Positions 40,977 through 54,760 of a stretch of DNA of 64,000 bases are shown here, one piece after another. The notes under the pieces are model-generated. The model was not told the origin of the DNA. It saw only the letters and a list, made by a program, of their open reading frames with translations, and searched no databases. Each line of letters starts with the position of its first letter. Within the stretch, counting starts at the first letter, position 1. Both the position numbers and the translations under genes were made by a program. Source of the stretch: Octopus sinensis (lineage: Eukaryota); NCBI RefSeq assembly GCF_006345805.1, contig NC_043003.1, positions 76,880,001 to 76,944,000 of the forward strand. Reading direction: 5' to 3'.

Positions 40977-41014
<38 letters not shown>

Positions 41015-41574
41015 TATATAACGATGTAACTATGATTCCTGCTTGGCAATGCTACTGTTGTGAATTACCGACTCGGGATAACATTTACACCAATGAGAGA
41101 TGTTAATCCTTATTTGAATGTCTTGAAAAATCGGTAACAGAAGTAAAAGAACGCACTTTTACAATACACCTGTAAATCGGAGAACATACAGAGGGAAGTT
41201 GTCCTTGGCCGCCGGAGTAATCCAAGATTTGTCCTTGTTTAATAAGGAAAGAATGAAATGAAAGAATGCTTTGTTCTGCTTAGCCTTTTTTTAAAGTTTA
41301 TTTCCTCATATGCCGTCCCAATGCCAAATATATAAAGCATTCTTAACGTGCTGGACAAAATGCATACCGGCATTTTATCTGCCTTTACATTCTGAGTTCA
41401 ATTTCTAACGAGGATAACCTTTGCTTTCCATGATGAGTGTTGTTAAAATGACACTTAATTCTACTGCACGTACTAATCTAAGATATACATACTTGCATAC
41501 AAACACGCGCGTACACATACACACACATAAACATAAACTCACTCACACACATTCACATGTATATTCATTTATTC

Positions 41575-41792
41575 TTTTATTCTCTCACTTGTTTCAGTCA
41601 TTTGACTGCAACGAATCGGCCCCAGGACTTATTATCTGTAAATCTAGTACCTATTCTATTAGTTCTTTTACCGAAAGGCCAAGTTACGTGGACGTAAATG
41701 CACCAACATCGGCTCACAAACGATAGGGGGGGGACAATTACAGACACATATACATCAATAGATATATATACATGTATGTACGTATATATGTG

Positions 41793-41841
<49 letters not shown>

Positions 41842-41980
41842 TATATATATTGGATAATAAAACAAATTATTTACACCTGGTAGCTTACTGGAAAAGCACG
41901 GTCAATTCAGAGTGATTGCTATGTATATGCCAAATTTATATGATAAATTCTCGTATATTCCATCTTCCGTCTTTCATTTG

Positions 41981-42019
<39 letters not shown>

Positions 42020-42119
42020 TTATATTTGTAAAATTTTATAAATTTAACCTTTAAAGGTAAAAATTTGATATGCTGCCATTGATAAAAATTTTTCACGAAA
42101 AAAATTTATCCTACATTAG

Positions 42120-42185
<66 letters not shown>

Positions 42186-42505
42186 CATACATATATATAT
42201 ATATATATATAATATATAATATAATACACACATATATATTATATAATATAATATATATAATATGTGAATATATATATGTTCATATATATATATAATATAT
42301 ATATATATATATAATTATATATATATAATATATATTATATATATATGTATGTATGTATATATGTATATGTATATACGACGGCTTCTTTCAGCTTCCGTCT
42401 ACCAAATCCACTCACAAGGCTTTGGTCGGCCTAAGCTTTGGCAGAAGACAGTTGCCTAAGGGGCCACGCAGTGGGACTGAATCCCGGACTACGTGGTTGG
42501 GAAAC
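41575..42505 (-). mobile_element. SINE family A fragments (3' part ~41575-41770, 5' part ~42372-42505) separated by TA-rich sequence
   Basis: Both halves match family A in the same orientation and order. Confidence 0.65.
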
Positions 42506-42914
42506 TTCTATTCAATTTTCTGTGTTACGCATTTTTTTCATTATTTCTAAATTATTTGTATCTGGTTGAATTCTCATAAAAGGAAGAGCAGTCAAACACT
42601 GGGTGGGGGTCGATGAAATCGATTAGTCCTTCCACTCAGAATTTCAAACCGTGTTCTTACAGTTGTTGTTGTTGTTGGGGGATGGTGGTGTTGGTGGATG
42701 GTGGTGTTGGTGGCGGTGGTAGTGGTGGTGGTCGTCGTCGTCGTCGTGGAGATACTATTCGTGGTTGTGGTCGTTGTGGTGGTGATGGTGGTCGTGATGA
42801 TGGTGGTCGCGATGATGGTGGTCGTGTTGGTGGTCGTCATCGTGGTCGCTGTCGTGGTAGTCGTCATGGTTGAGGTGGCTGTGGAGATGGTTATGCTATT
42901 ATTTTTATCATTGG

Positions 42915-43080
42915 TAGCTTGCTGGCAGAATCGTTACCACACCGGACGAAGTGCTTAGCAGCGTGGCGGCGTTTCTTCAGGCATTAAATCCTGCCGAGAT
43001 CAACTTTGCCTTCCCGCTTTATGGTGTTGAAGAAAGAAGCCTCATTTAAGTACTGGGTTGATGTCATCGATTCAGCCTTT
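42915..43080 (+). mobile_element. Degenerate SINE family B
   Basis: GCTGGCAGAATCGTTA...CTGCCGAGATCAACTTTGCC. Confidence 0.6.
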
Positions 43081-43116
43081 TTCCTAAAGTTGCTGGCCTT
43101 CGACTAGAATTGAAAC

Positions 43117-43165
<49 letters not shown>

Positions 43166-44519
43166 GCGACAACATAGACAGAATCGTTTTATTCTCAACA
43201 TTCCAAACAATATTATATATGCAGCACAGGTATTTAGGAATGACATAACACACGAACACAGACAAAGAGACATACAGACAAACAGTCAGACACAGAAAAC
43301 AAAGATAAAAAGATAAACGAAGTGACATTCGTCTGTGTGTCATCATAGCTGTGTTTATAATATTACCTATGTATAATTTCCCTTGAGGTTTTAGCTTGTT
43401 GTCGACCAAGAGGAGAGGACATACACAAACATACTTCTGTGTACATACATATAAACATAACAGATAAAACACACATATACTGTGATATATATATATATAC
43501 ACGCATGTATAGAGAAAAACAAATTTAACATTACCATTTCCTAAGGAAATCTTACATACGCCAGTCTTCTGGATGACACCATGAATTGATCTGTTGGGGA
43601 AGTTTGTTAAGGTATATAATAAGTCTCATTTCTTTCAATTCTTTCTTTCTTTCTTTCAATTCTCTCTCCTCTCACTTTTTACCACTCACAATGTCTCCTA
43701 TCTATCCTTTCTCTCTCTTATCTCTCTTGTTTTCTCCTCCCACATCACTCTATCCCACTATGTTTAACCATCTCTCTCTCTCTCACACACACACACACAA
43801 CACACAATTATTTCATCATTCTTATATCTCTTTCTTTTTATATCTTTAATTCTTTTCCTCAAAACCTCTCTCTTTCTAACCACTTCTCTTCTCTCCATTA
43901 TTGCTCTCTCCTTCTATTTTCAGTTTCATCTTTCATTGCTATCAACAGTCTCTCTTTCAAACCTTCTAAACATATTTCCTGTTTTACTTAACCCTTTCGT
44001 TTATTATTAATAATCCTCCGGTCTGTTTATCTCTTTACTTCCTTGCTCAAATCTCTCTCTTTCTTATTTACTTCTTTCATTTTTATTTCTACTCATTATT
44101 GAACCCGTTCCTCTCTCATTGGTGCACCTACGTTTCTTTAGAATCCTATGCCGCCATTTTGTCCTCCTATCTCATTATATTCCCGCTCTCTCATTTAACT
44201 CCTTACTGATTTTTTCCATTTTCAACCTTCATTCAGAATAACCAGTATCACCTGTATCGGCCCTTTCTTATGTCTCTGTCTTACATCTATCTTATTTCAT
44301 GTTTTCTCTTTTTCGTACTCACCCCATCTCGCAAACATTTCACTACCATCGTCTTAGTTATTTAACCATTCATTTTATCACACTTTTTTCTATTACTTCT
44401 CCTTGACTCTATTATTTGGATATTGTTGTTTATATATCTATTAGTTAACGCGTCTCTTCCTCTAAAAAGATATATAAAGTAACTATATGTATGCATATAC
44501 ACGCATACCACCCACCCCA

Positions 44520-44522
44520 TAA

Positions 44523-44611
<89 letters not shown>

Positions 44612-44649
44612 CAGATAGACAGACTGACTGGCGGATAGATAGATAGATG

Positions 44650-44703
<54 letters not shown>

Positions 44704-44758
44704 CAAACAGACAGACAAACAGACAGACATATATACAGACAGACAGACAGACAGACAT

Positions 44759-44833
<75 letters not shown>

Positions 44834-44850
44834 TGTAGATAGATAGATGA
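44520..44850. repeat. (GATA)n/(GACA)n microsatellite
   Basis: Direct reading. Confidence 0.95.
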
Positions 44851-44893
44851 TAGTTTAAATCTTACAATCTGTATAGAGTTATATAAAATTCAC

Positions 44894-45094
44894 GCCTTGA
44901 GTAGCTATTTCCCATTGAGCAAACTGGTTAATGAATTCCCACAGTTGATTAAATCTGTTGGGAGGGTGAATTATTACTAAAGGCACGTTGTATGAAGCTG
45001 CAGTAACAACAGCAGATGGTATTGAAATGGCCTGTATAGAGCCAACGGGAAGATCTGTAGAATCCAGTATGCACAACACATATTTTCCTTCAAA
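44894..45094 (-). CDS. Candidate internal coding exon of an unidentified host gene (201 nt, phase 0/0)
   Basis: Acceptor GATGCTTTTCAG| then open frame FEGKYVLCILDSTDLPVGSIQAISIPSAVVTAASYNVPLVIIHPPNRFNQLWEFINQFAQWEIATQG then |GTGAAT donor. Complex, non-repetitive sequence; family not recognised. Confidence 0.55.
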
Positions 45095-45683
45095 CTGAAA
45101 AGCATCTTGTAACTCAAAAATATAACAATTGACTACGTTCGAATAAAATAGATTATTGTCAAAAAAAGGTATGTAATACGTAAGATTTCATTTACATCCA
45201 AACAATGCATTGCTGAAAAATTCATTTATTAATGCCAACAGGTAACTTTTAAAAGTGGGGAGACAGAATAGTCACTGGATTCTAGCATAAAACTACAATT
45301 CTTCTTAAGAAATCTACAATGTAACCAGCATTATTATCATTATAAATTATCTTGAATGCTACTGAATTTAAAAAAAATTTTTTCTAATACTGTAAATCAT
45401 GTAAATCTCTAGAGTTACACCCACCACCCGAGAAACAATAAGAAAATGTTACACCTATTTAGATTATAATAGCACGTAATTACATAATCTACAATGAGCT
45501 CAATGGAAAATAATGTACTGTTCATCAAGTAGCGAATTCTGGCACAAACAAGTCGCTAAAGTGTTTAAAACGAGCATAAAACAATGAGTAGTGACACAAT
45601 CAATAGCCAGATTGGCAGTGATAAAAATACTCTACAATAATATTAAGCACTCATTCTCTCATTAAAGAAGTATATAGCATATA

Positions 45684-45719
<36 letters not shown>

Positions 45720-46004
45720 TGTGTGTGTAAGTGTGTTTATGTGTGCATATAAATATCCTAAGTATCTAAACATATTCTTTAACTTTTCACTGTATTCCCT
45801 ATCTCATATCTCACTATCTATTTATCTTACTTGCTATCCATTTCTACTACCATTACTAAAATGCACTCTATTGCAATAATAGCTAATTATACCTACCATC
45901 ATGGTTCCCACTCCTCAATCTATAAACGTTCAATATTTTTAATTAAACCTTTATACCATATTACATTTGTCCAGTCCTGACTCTACTCCAGTCTGTGAGA
46001 GTCT

Positions 46005-46285
46005 TTTTTCTTTTTGTATTTGTTCCTTCTCGGGCCGGTTTCCCGGTTTCCTTGGCGTATAGGTTCCCCACCTGGATGGGTCGCCGGTCCGTCGCAGGTG
46101 AGCTGCAAGATGCAGGAAGAGAGAGTGAGAGAAAGTTGTGGCGAAAGAGTCAGCAGAAGTTCTCCATTACCTTCTGCCGGGGCCGCGTGGAGCTCAGGTG
46201 TTTCGCTCATAAACACACATATCGCCCGGTCTGAGATTTGAACCCGCGAGTTCGCTGCTCTAACCACTAGGCCATGTGCCTCCAC
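46005..46285 (-). mobile_element. tRNA-derived SINE family C with 13-bp TSD
   Basis: Head GTGGAGGCACATGGCCTAGTGGTTAGAGCAGCG; TSD TCTGTGAGAGTCT at 45992-46004 and 46286-46298. Confidence 0.88.
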
Positions 46286-47487
46286 TCTGTGAGAGTCTCA
46301 TCACCAATGACTATAAGTACAGTTTTATAGTCCGATATAATGCAAAGTAAAACCAACACTGTCATTGAAGCTGATCTATGATTCGAGCCACGAGTATTGT
46401 GATTGTTTATTTGTATCTAAGATTGCATTATCTGCGTACTTCCCATTTTAAGACATTAGGATATTTTTTTATTAATATTTATGAATATTTATTTGCTATT
46501 AGCAGCATATGTACTGACAGGTAGAAGATCTCACATTGGATTCTGAATTAAATGTGTTGAATCCCCAGATAAATCCCAGATATTCTCTGATCCAACAAAC
46601 CTAACCAAATGCATTCCCATCGTAGCTATCCCAACTTTCTTCTTAGGAGTAGCGTATTTGGCAGTGCATTATGTAATATTCCTTTTAAAGGGTGCAACTA
46701 GTGATTTAAGTGATGTTTGACTGCTGTTTCTCATATAACATATGACTGCATAGAGTCGTTCTTGTTAGCGGGTAGGACAAAGCAATTTTCATCGGAATAG
46801 TAGAGCCCCGCCTTTGTTTAGGACACAGTTATCTCTGCAAACTATTTTCTCCTGTGATCTAATATTTATGCTAACACGCCACTCTTAATCAATAACAAAC
46901 CTAATAGGAAAATTAGGAAAAAATTCTTTCCCCATAGGAATACGTCTGTCTATCTGTGCATCTAGCGAAGATTTCATGTCAGCTTCAATAGTCATTACCT
47001 ATTGTTTATTTGTGTTTGTAAGTTTGTTTTATCATGCGTAGACGCGAACGTTGGCGTTTACTGAGCCAATGAGATGCTATATTTAATAGTTTACTTGTCT
47101 AGTTTACTATGTTAATCACATTTAATCTTTTAATCATTCATTATTTATTTCAATAAAACTTTTAGTTGTTTTATGGAACCTTTAATTACATATTTTTATA
47201 AAGAAATTTAGTTTGTTTTATAAATTCTTTTCGATAAAAATTTTAAACATTCTTGTTCGGAGATGGTCCAAGCCGTAATAGTTCTCTTCTCAGAGTTCAC
47301 TAAATGCCTCAGGTTCTCTGAAAGAGTTTTTCTTTATGTTTATTTTGATGTTTATCTTGCATTTTTTATTCATTTGCGCTAATTGGTCAGCGGCCACACT
47401 GGAAGCCTTCAAGAGTTTCACTTGATTGTAGTGAAACCAAATCGGATGTAAGCCTGGCGTATGCTTTATTCATAAATATTGAATGGA

Positions 47488-48174
47488 AAATGGAAGCACT
47501 CCGTCGGTTACGACGACGAGGGTTCCGGTTGATCCGAATCAACGGAACAGCCTGCTCGTGAAATTAGCGTGTAAGTGGCTGAGCACTCCACAGACACGCG
47601 TACCCTTAATGTAGTTCTCGGGGATATTCAGCGTGACACAGAGAGTGACAAGGCTGGCCCTTTGAAATACAGATACAACAGAAACAGGAAGAGTGAGAGA
47701 AAGTTGTGGTGAAAGAGTACAGCAGGGATCACCACCATCCCCTGCCGGAGCCTCGTGGAACTTTTAGGTGTTTTCGCTCAATAAACACTCACAACGCCCG
47801 GTCTGGGAATCGAAACCGCGATCCTATGACCGCGAGTCTGCTGCCCTTAAAAGACTCCGCCGGTTACGACGACGAGGGTCCCAGCTGATACGATCAACGG
47901 AACAGCTTGCTCGTGAAATTAACGTGCAAATGGCTGAGCATTCCACAGACACGTGTACCCTTAACGTAGTTCTCGGGGATAATCAGCGTGACACAGAGAG
48001 TGACAAGGCTGACCCTTTGAAATACAAGTACAACTCATTTTTGCCAGCTGAGTGGACTGGAGCAACGTGAAATAAAGTGTCTTGCTCAAGGACACAACGC
48101 GTCGCCGGGAATCGAACTCACAACCTTACGATCATGAGCCGAATGCCCTAACCACTGGGCCATTGCGCCTCCAC
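47488..48174 (-). mobile_element. Two tandem tRNA-derived SINEs sharing a 3' module (…CTCGTCGTCGTAACCG…GGAGT)
   Basis: tRNA-like head at 48174-48095; the 3' module repeats at ~47490 and ~47855. Confidence 0.85.
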
Positions 48175-48479
48175 AAATATTGAATGACATACAGTTTGAA
48201 CTAACGAGACACAACATGAAACACTTGTTTACACGGCTAAATACAAACACAGACACACATACATAAACAACTATGCATACAATAGCGGCCATAATATAGG
48301 GGTCAGTAAGTGTATTGAAATATTTATTATAGAATATTAACAAAGATTAACGTTGAGACTAGATATTTATATTTTACACATATCTAGATATCTCTAATAT
48401 CTATCTTTCGTGAAAATTCGAACTCAGTGGAATAAATATTTCGTAAGTTATAAGGAGATACACAAATAATTTTCCAAAC

Positions 48480-49400
48480 TGCAATAGCCAAAAGTTAAGG
48501 GTCACTTAGAAAAACAATGAAAAATGAAATAAGAACAAAACGAAACCCTTACTATTGATATTTTGTGAACATCCCTTTACTCTTGATGACCCCCCGACGT
48601 CTGTTACCACAGGACTGAATTAATTTCTTGCAAACTGATGGAGTAATATTGTTCCCTTCGTTTTTCAATAATTCCCAGAGTTCATCTTGGTTCTCTAGAT
48701 TTCTCCTTTGTGCCCCATCTCCAATAATCTTCCAAACATTTTCTATTGGTTTGAGATCGGGATTTTGAGGTGGGCACTTCATCAATCAAAAAATTTTTGA
48801 TTTTCTTGGCAGTGTGACAGGAAGTGATGACCTACACGAAGATAGGAGGTTGAACTGACGAGGATCGGAAATGTGGAAGGCCATGCTGTCTAAGAATCCG
48901 CTTGTAGATTTCAGCATTGACAGTCCCTTGTAGGCGAATAAGTAAACCAGGCCCAGCAGCAGAGATGACTCCCCATACCATCACACTACCTCCTCCATAT
49001 TTTACTGTCTTCTTCACACATGCCTGAAATAAAATATGGACCATACCTCAATGCAAGCTGATGACGCAAACTTTTCGGCCTCGAGCGCAAGGATTCTTAA
49101 AAATTTCCTATATCTGGTACTTTCTTAAACTGAAAACGTTAAGTTTCTGGTCGGTGGCTTCCTGATAAAATTTCGTATTAGAAACATACGCCACTCTACT
49201 TGTTGAATAGTGAAGAAAATATAAACGTTTTTTGGACACAAGTCCAACTGTTCAAGGGGAGCTAACTCCGTCTCCCAGAAGGAGTTTTCGCTTATAAAAA
49301 GATTTAGTTTCAGGAGTGTTTTATCACCACCAAGCAGACCAAGACTAATTTTTACCCCCATTAGTAATTAAGTTATGTGCTTCTGGCCAGTAGCTGTATT
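48480..49400 (-). mobile_element. Degenerate Tc1-like transposon
   Basis: KTVKYGGGSVMVWGVIS, PPQNPDLKPIENVW and KGMFTKY are Tc1 DD34E motifs. TIR-like CTGCAATAGCCAAAAGTT at ~48480. Confidence 0.88.
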
Positions 49401-49584
49401 GCCTGTTTTGTTAAGTGCAATAATAGACGTGAAAATAATGGTAACTTTCTAACCGGTCAAACAGCTACATAATGTGTGTATATATGTGTGTGTGCATGTG
49501 TGTCTGTGTATGTTGTGTGTGGGTGTGTGTGTGTGTGTGTGTGTTGTGTGTGTCCCTGTGATATGTGTGACTGTGTATATATTA

Positions 49585-49880
49585 TAGTGAAGGCGCGTGG
49601 CTTTGTGTTTAGGGTATTCGGCTCATGATTGTAAGATCGTAAGTACGGTGTCTTTGAGCAATGTACTTTATTTTATGATACTCCAATCCATTGAGTTGGC
49701 AAAAAAGGAATAGTTTTCCTCTTCGAAAAATGTGTAGTCCTTACCTTGTCACATTCTTCGTCACACTGAATCTCCCTGAGAACTACATTATGGGTACGCG
49801 TGACTGTGGGTTGTTAAGCCACTTGCACGTTAATTTCACAAGCATATTAGATCAGTCGTCATCGTAAACGACGGAGTGCC
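49585..49880 (+). mobile_element. Degenerate SINE of the 47855-48174 family
   Basis: Similar head and 3' module in the opposite orientation. Confidence 0.6.
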
Positions 49881-50247
49881 AGTTACATAAGCATTTACCA
49901 CACATCATGAAAGAGATGTCAGACTCTGTGAGACGCTTTCTCACAAAAGCCGATAATTACTTCCCAAGTTTAGAGAAATATCTCAAAATATACAATACAA
50001 ACACTTTCAAAGTTAGCTGTACTTGCCTCTCAAAAATAGGTTCACAAATCTTCAACCATAGCAAAAAGCATTTAATTTAAGTAACACCCCACTAATACTA
50101 TGTAACTTCAGAGTCCCACAAAGACCTGGCCGCAATTTCCTGGATCAGCTGAAATTTACTTTCTGTCAGTTGGCTGTTGTCACTGTTCAGTGAAGACATT
50201 TGCTTTTTCAGGTTTTTATTCAATTTTTTTCATTAAAATACCTTCGA

Positions 50248-50620
50248 AGGTGTGGCAGTGTGGTAAGTAGCTTGCTTACCAACCACATGGTTCCGGGTTC
50301 CGTCCCACGCAGTGGCATCTTGGGTAAATGTCTTCTACTATAGCCTCGGGTGACCAAAACCTTGTGAGTGGATTTGGTAGAGGGAAACTGAAAGAAGCCC
50401 GTCATATATATATGTATATATATGTGTGTGTTTGTTTTTGTCTGTGTTTGTCCCCCAAACATCGCTTGACAACCGATGCTGGTGTATTTACGTCCCTTAA
50501 CCTAGTGGTTCGGCAAAAAGAGACCTGGGGTCAATTTGCTCGACTAAAGGCGGTGCTCCAGCATGGTCGCAGTCAAATGACTGAAACAAGTAAAAGAGTA
50601 AAAGAGAGTAAAGAGAGAGA
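50248..50620 (+). mobile_element. SINE family A, near full length
   Basis: tRNA-like head GTGTGGTAAGTAGCTTGCTTACCAACCACATGGTTCCGGGTTC and (TAAAAGAG)n tail. Confidence 0.9.
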
Positions 50621-50849
50621 GTTCTGGTTACGGTTTTTCCTATCACGTTACTGTAAACGTTGAGTATGCTTTCCTTTCGCTTTGTTGTAAGATATAATCT
50701 CTTCTACAAAGTTTTATCTCTCAAACATCTTTCTGTATTGACCTCTTTCTCAGAATGTTTCATTTCTAAGAAATGGACCTTTTCATTTAGTTTTACAATC
50801 CTGACATTGAGAAGAGACTTCGCATCATCTGCTACTTTACTGGTTGTAT

Positions 50850-51130
50850 TGCCCACATTTTTCATTAGTCGTCAACGAATTTCTGTAAATAATTGATCTG
50901 TTCTTGTTTTTGAGCAGAAAATACTTTTGTCAAATCTTTATCTAGAATTGCATTTCCCACAAACTGCTGAGTATTTTTCTTATTTTCCACCAGACCTGTG
51001 CAACCAAGGTTTAGACCACCACAGAAAACACGTCAGCATACCTCACTAGCAGCTGCCTCGGCTGCAACATTTGAGCGTCATCCAAGCACTGACAACTCTG
51101 TGCAAACAGCTCCTGCAAATACACTGGCAG
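50850..51130 (-). mobile_element. Probable Ty3/Gypsy pol fragment (protease-RT linker), frameshifted
   Basis: VYLQELFAQSCQCLDDAQMLQPRQLLVRYADVFS, then after a frameshift LNLGCTGLVENK.NT and FVDD..K..AIQP. Resembles the Gypsy L..LL..Y.DVF...LG.T.LV.H.I.T region. Confidence 0.55.
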
Positions 51131-51494
51131 ACCCCCCCCTCCTCCGACTACACTCCTTCTGCAAGTACGTAGCTCGTAGGACAAATAGAGTACAACAGTG
51201 GAAATCCAACAAAAAAAAACAACATACGGAAAATGGACGATAACATAACAAACGGGAAACTGAGCAAAAACAAGATGCACGGACCATTCAGAGCCGATTT
51301 CCTCGTCAGTCCGTGTCCAGAAATTCATAAGAGTTTCGCGCTTTTTTACCCCTGAGACCGCTCGAATTCGGAAAGCGCCAGAGTAGTAAGCTAAAATCAT
51401 TAAGCTTCTGAGAAAAGCAAACAAATGTATACAAGAACGAAAATAAGAACACAAACAAGAACAAGAAAGCAAGAATTAAACACATACAACAGAA

Positions 51495-51742
51495 GAACGC
51501 CTTTCGACTATACAACAAAACGAAAATGATTGTACATATACAAATAAATAAATAACAGAAAGAGTATTTCGACTATTAGACGGACGTAACGTGATGAACT
51601 AATAATACAAGTGCAACGAAAAATGATTTATACATATACAGTAGACAAACGCCTTTCAGATATACAACTAAATGAAAATAATTGTACAATTACAACATAA
51701 ATAGATAACAGAAAGCGTCGTTCAACTATCAGACGGACGTAG
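51495..51742 (+). repeat. Degenerate tandem duplication, period ~150 bp
   Basis: AACGCCTTTC...ATAACAGAAAG...AGACGGACGTA occurs twice. Confidence 0.7.
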
Positions 51743-53627
51743 TAGGATAGCGCAAAGGAGAAGTGGAAAGTCTTAACAGAAAGAGCGGAAGGACAGACGA
51801 AAATATTTATATATATATATATATATATATACACATGCACAATTATAATTATACATGTACATATATATATATCTATGTACATGTGTGTGTGTTTGTGTAT
51901 GAATTACAGAATTGATATCCCAGTCAAATAATTATTTTAATAAAGACAATTTTATAGCAATGCTTTGTTCAACCTTTCTTGAGACTTTTTTTTTTTTGGT
52001 TCTCGGTTGTTTTTTTTTTTTATTCATTATATTCTTCTGCATTGCCGAGTGAAAATCTTATTGGAAGCAATTTAAAGTTATAATAACCCAAGGGAAAGAG
52101 GAGGGAAGCATTCACAAACGGACAAACGAAAACTATATAGAGGTATACTGAGATAACCATTATAATAAGAAGAAGCAAATATAAAATAAAAGAATATAAA
52201 GACAAAAAATAATACATAATACAAAAAATGAAAACAATGTAGAAAGTAAATTAAACAGGGGACAGAAGTGTCTACTGCTCCTATCGTGATTTATAGAGCT
52301 ATTTAGGATTCCGAGACTACGGCACTTATAGCGCCATTCAAAAACTTACTGCTAATGGGTCAAGTACACAGATAAGAAGAGACCTTGTCTCTGTCTCTCA
52401 CTTGACAAAAGTATTCGATTTAAGTGACGAATGCAAAGCATACCTCGAAATTATACGGTTGGTAGTCATTTGTATATTTTGCCGAGTAAAATTTGAATAG
52501 ATTCGAAAGCCAAAAAAATCTGTCTAATGTTTAATTGTTTTAAAATTTTTCGGCAAAAAGACTTTTTCAAAGAGAGGTTAGTAGAACAAAGATAACAAAG
52601 ATACGTTAAGATAATCGTCTTCAATACAATGGTTGATCGCAAAAGTTTTATCTGCAGCATCTGACTAGCGGGAAATTTTCATTTATGCACCTGCTGCTAT
52701 AACTTCTGAACAATGTTGTTGTCATCAAGATGATTGCCCGTCTCTCTACTTCACTTAGTCAGCATTCGTCTAGACACCATTAACTTCCCAATGAAAATGT
52801 CATCTTGATCTATTTTTAAAAGGGAAATACTAATACTGTTTGCAACTCACGTAAGTCTTGCTTTCAGATCTGTTAATCATTTTCTTCAAATATCTCCTCA
52901 AAATTTTTCAAACCTTATTGCACATATATCTATATTATTGTGTTGTGTATTTGTGTGTGTGGGGGGTGTAATTTGCTTGTGTATACATTTAGAGAGTGAG
53001 AAAGGCATGTACGCTGTGTACGTATGTCTCTAAGTATACACACCCACATATGTATGTATGGATATTAGTATGTATGTATCATTATCCTTTGAGTTTTATT
53101 TAAGTTCTTGAGAGTTTGAGATGGTCGCTAAGAAAGCAACAAAACATTTTGAGTTAAGATAGTTCTCATTACTAGCAAATATGTGGTAGAGTTGGTAAGT
53201 TGTTTGAACTGTGACGCATACCACTAAGTGTGTGTATCTATTTACAAACAGGATCTCAAATGGTAAATTTGTGGAATGACTAACAAATTTTCACTGCCCC
53301 ACTAATAGTTTGGACTTCGAGAATCTGCGTCATTTTCTTTTATTCTTTTTCCATGAAACCAAGTATTTCTAGATTTTAGTGCAAATTTGTAGGTACAAAA
53401 CGTAATCCACCTATGATGATATGTATGTATGTATGTATGTTTGTGCAAATATTCTTCTAAAAAATCTTTTCATTTAATTTTTCCAAAATTTAATTGTTTT
53501 CCATACTTACAGTTGAAAGAGTTTCAATGACTGAAACCGGTACTGAAATGTTTATAATATTATTTTAGTATTTTCTATCTTGACTTTTTTTCATATTATC
53601 AACTCGTGTGTTCCTTTTCAACCTTCT

Positions 53628-54106
53628 ATATATATATATAATATATTATATATATAATATATATATAATATATATATGTGTGTGGTGTGTGTGTGTGTGT
53701 GTCTATATATATATATGTATATATATACATGTATATATATATATATACATGTATATATATATATATACATGTATATATATATTATATATATATACATGTA
53801 TATATAATATATATATATATATATACATATATATACATGTATATATATACATGTATATATATATATATATATATACATGCTTACATATATACATGTATAT
53901 ATATATATATTATATATACATGCTTACATATATTATATATATATACATGTATATATATATATATATACATGTATATATATATATATATATATACATGTAA
54001 TATATATATATATACATGTATATATATATATATATATATACATGTATATATATATATATACATGTATATATATATATATATATATACATTATATATATAT
54101 AACATG

Positions 54107-54156
<50 letters not shown>

Positions 54157-54216
54157 ATTATATATATATATATATATATACATGTATATATATATATTAT
54201 ATATTATATATGTTTA

Positions 54217-54274
<58 letters not shown>

Positions 54275-54302
54275 TTATTATATATATATATATATATATA
54301 TA
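53628..54302. repeat. (TA)n / TATACATG compound microsatellite
   Basis: Direct reading. Confidence 0.95.
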
Positions 54303-54389
54303 GGGAGAGTAACGAAAAAACAAAAGACGAAGACAGGTGGTGTACAAAACAAACATATGTATTAGTATAACGCTCAGGAATAGAAAAGT

Positions 54390-54425
54390 CTTTTACGTTT
54401 CGAGCCTGCGCTCTTCTACAGAAAG
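54390..54425 (-). ncRNA. Hammerhead-like motif with non-canonical core (CUGUAGA)
   Basis: CTTT-CTGTAGA-A-GAGC(GCAG)GCTC-GAAA-CGT-A-AAAG; stems I and II and the ACGT palindrome are intact. Confidence 0.45.
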
Positions 54426-54472
54426 GGACACAGAAAAAACAAGGAGAGAATATATGTATGTAATATATATAT

Positions 54473-54519
<47 letters not shown>

Positions 54520-54556
54520 CACCTTTCTTGGTTCAAAAATAAGAAAAAAATGAATG

Positions 54557-54760
54557 TCAAATTTGAGTGTGTTCATCGGTACTTTAAAAGGTAGGGACGC
54601 TAAATATGATATAAAATGGGCAATTATTAGTAGCACTTCACCGTATCCTATTGAAAAACCGAAATATGATCTATCCTTGGAAGAAATATTCCATACTTTT
54701 ACCTCTATTTGCAGTTTATTAAATGGAAATATCAGTAAATTCACACATTCATTTAGAAAA
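54557..54760 (+). mobile_element. Penelope-like element GIY-YIG C-terminal fragment
   Basis: NLSVFIGTLKGRDAKYDIKWAIISSTSPY...LSLEE...LLN matches the PLE LSK.IW.LK...Y.IKW.I...C.LCL.EK..LLN pattern. Confidence 0.65.

Noticed and set aside
50998-51243. Plus-strand ORF MQPRFRPPQ... as a host exon
   Set aside because: The antisense strand gives a better, family-like (Gypsy pol) reading.
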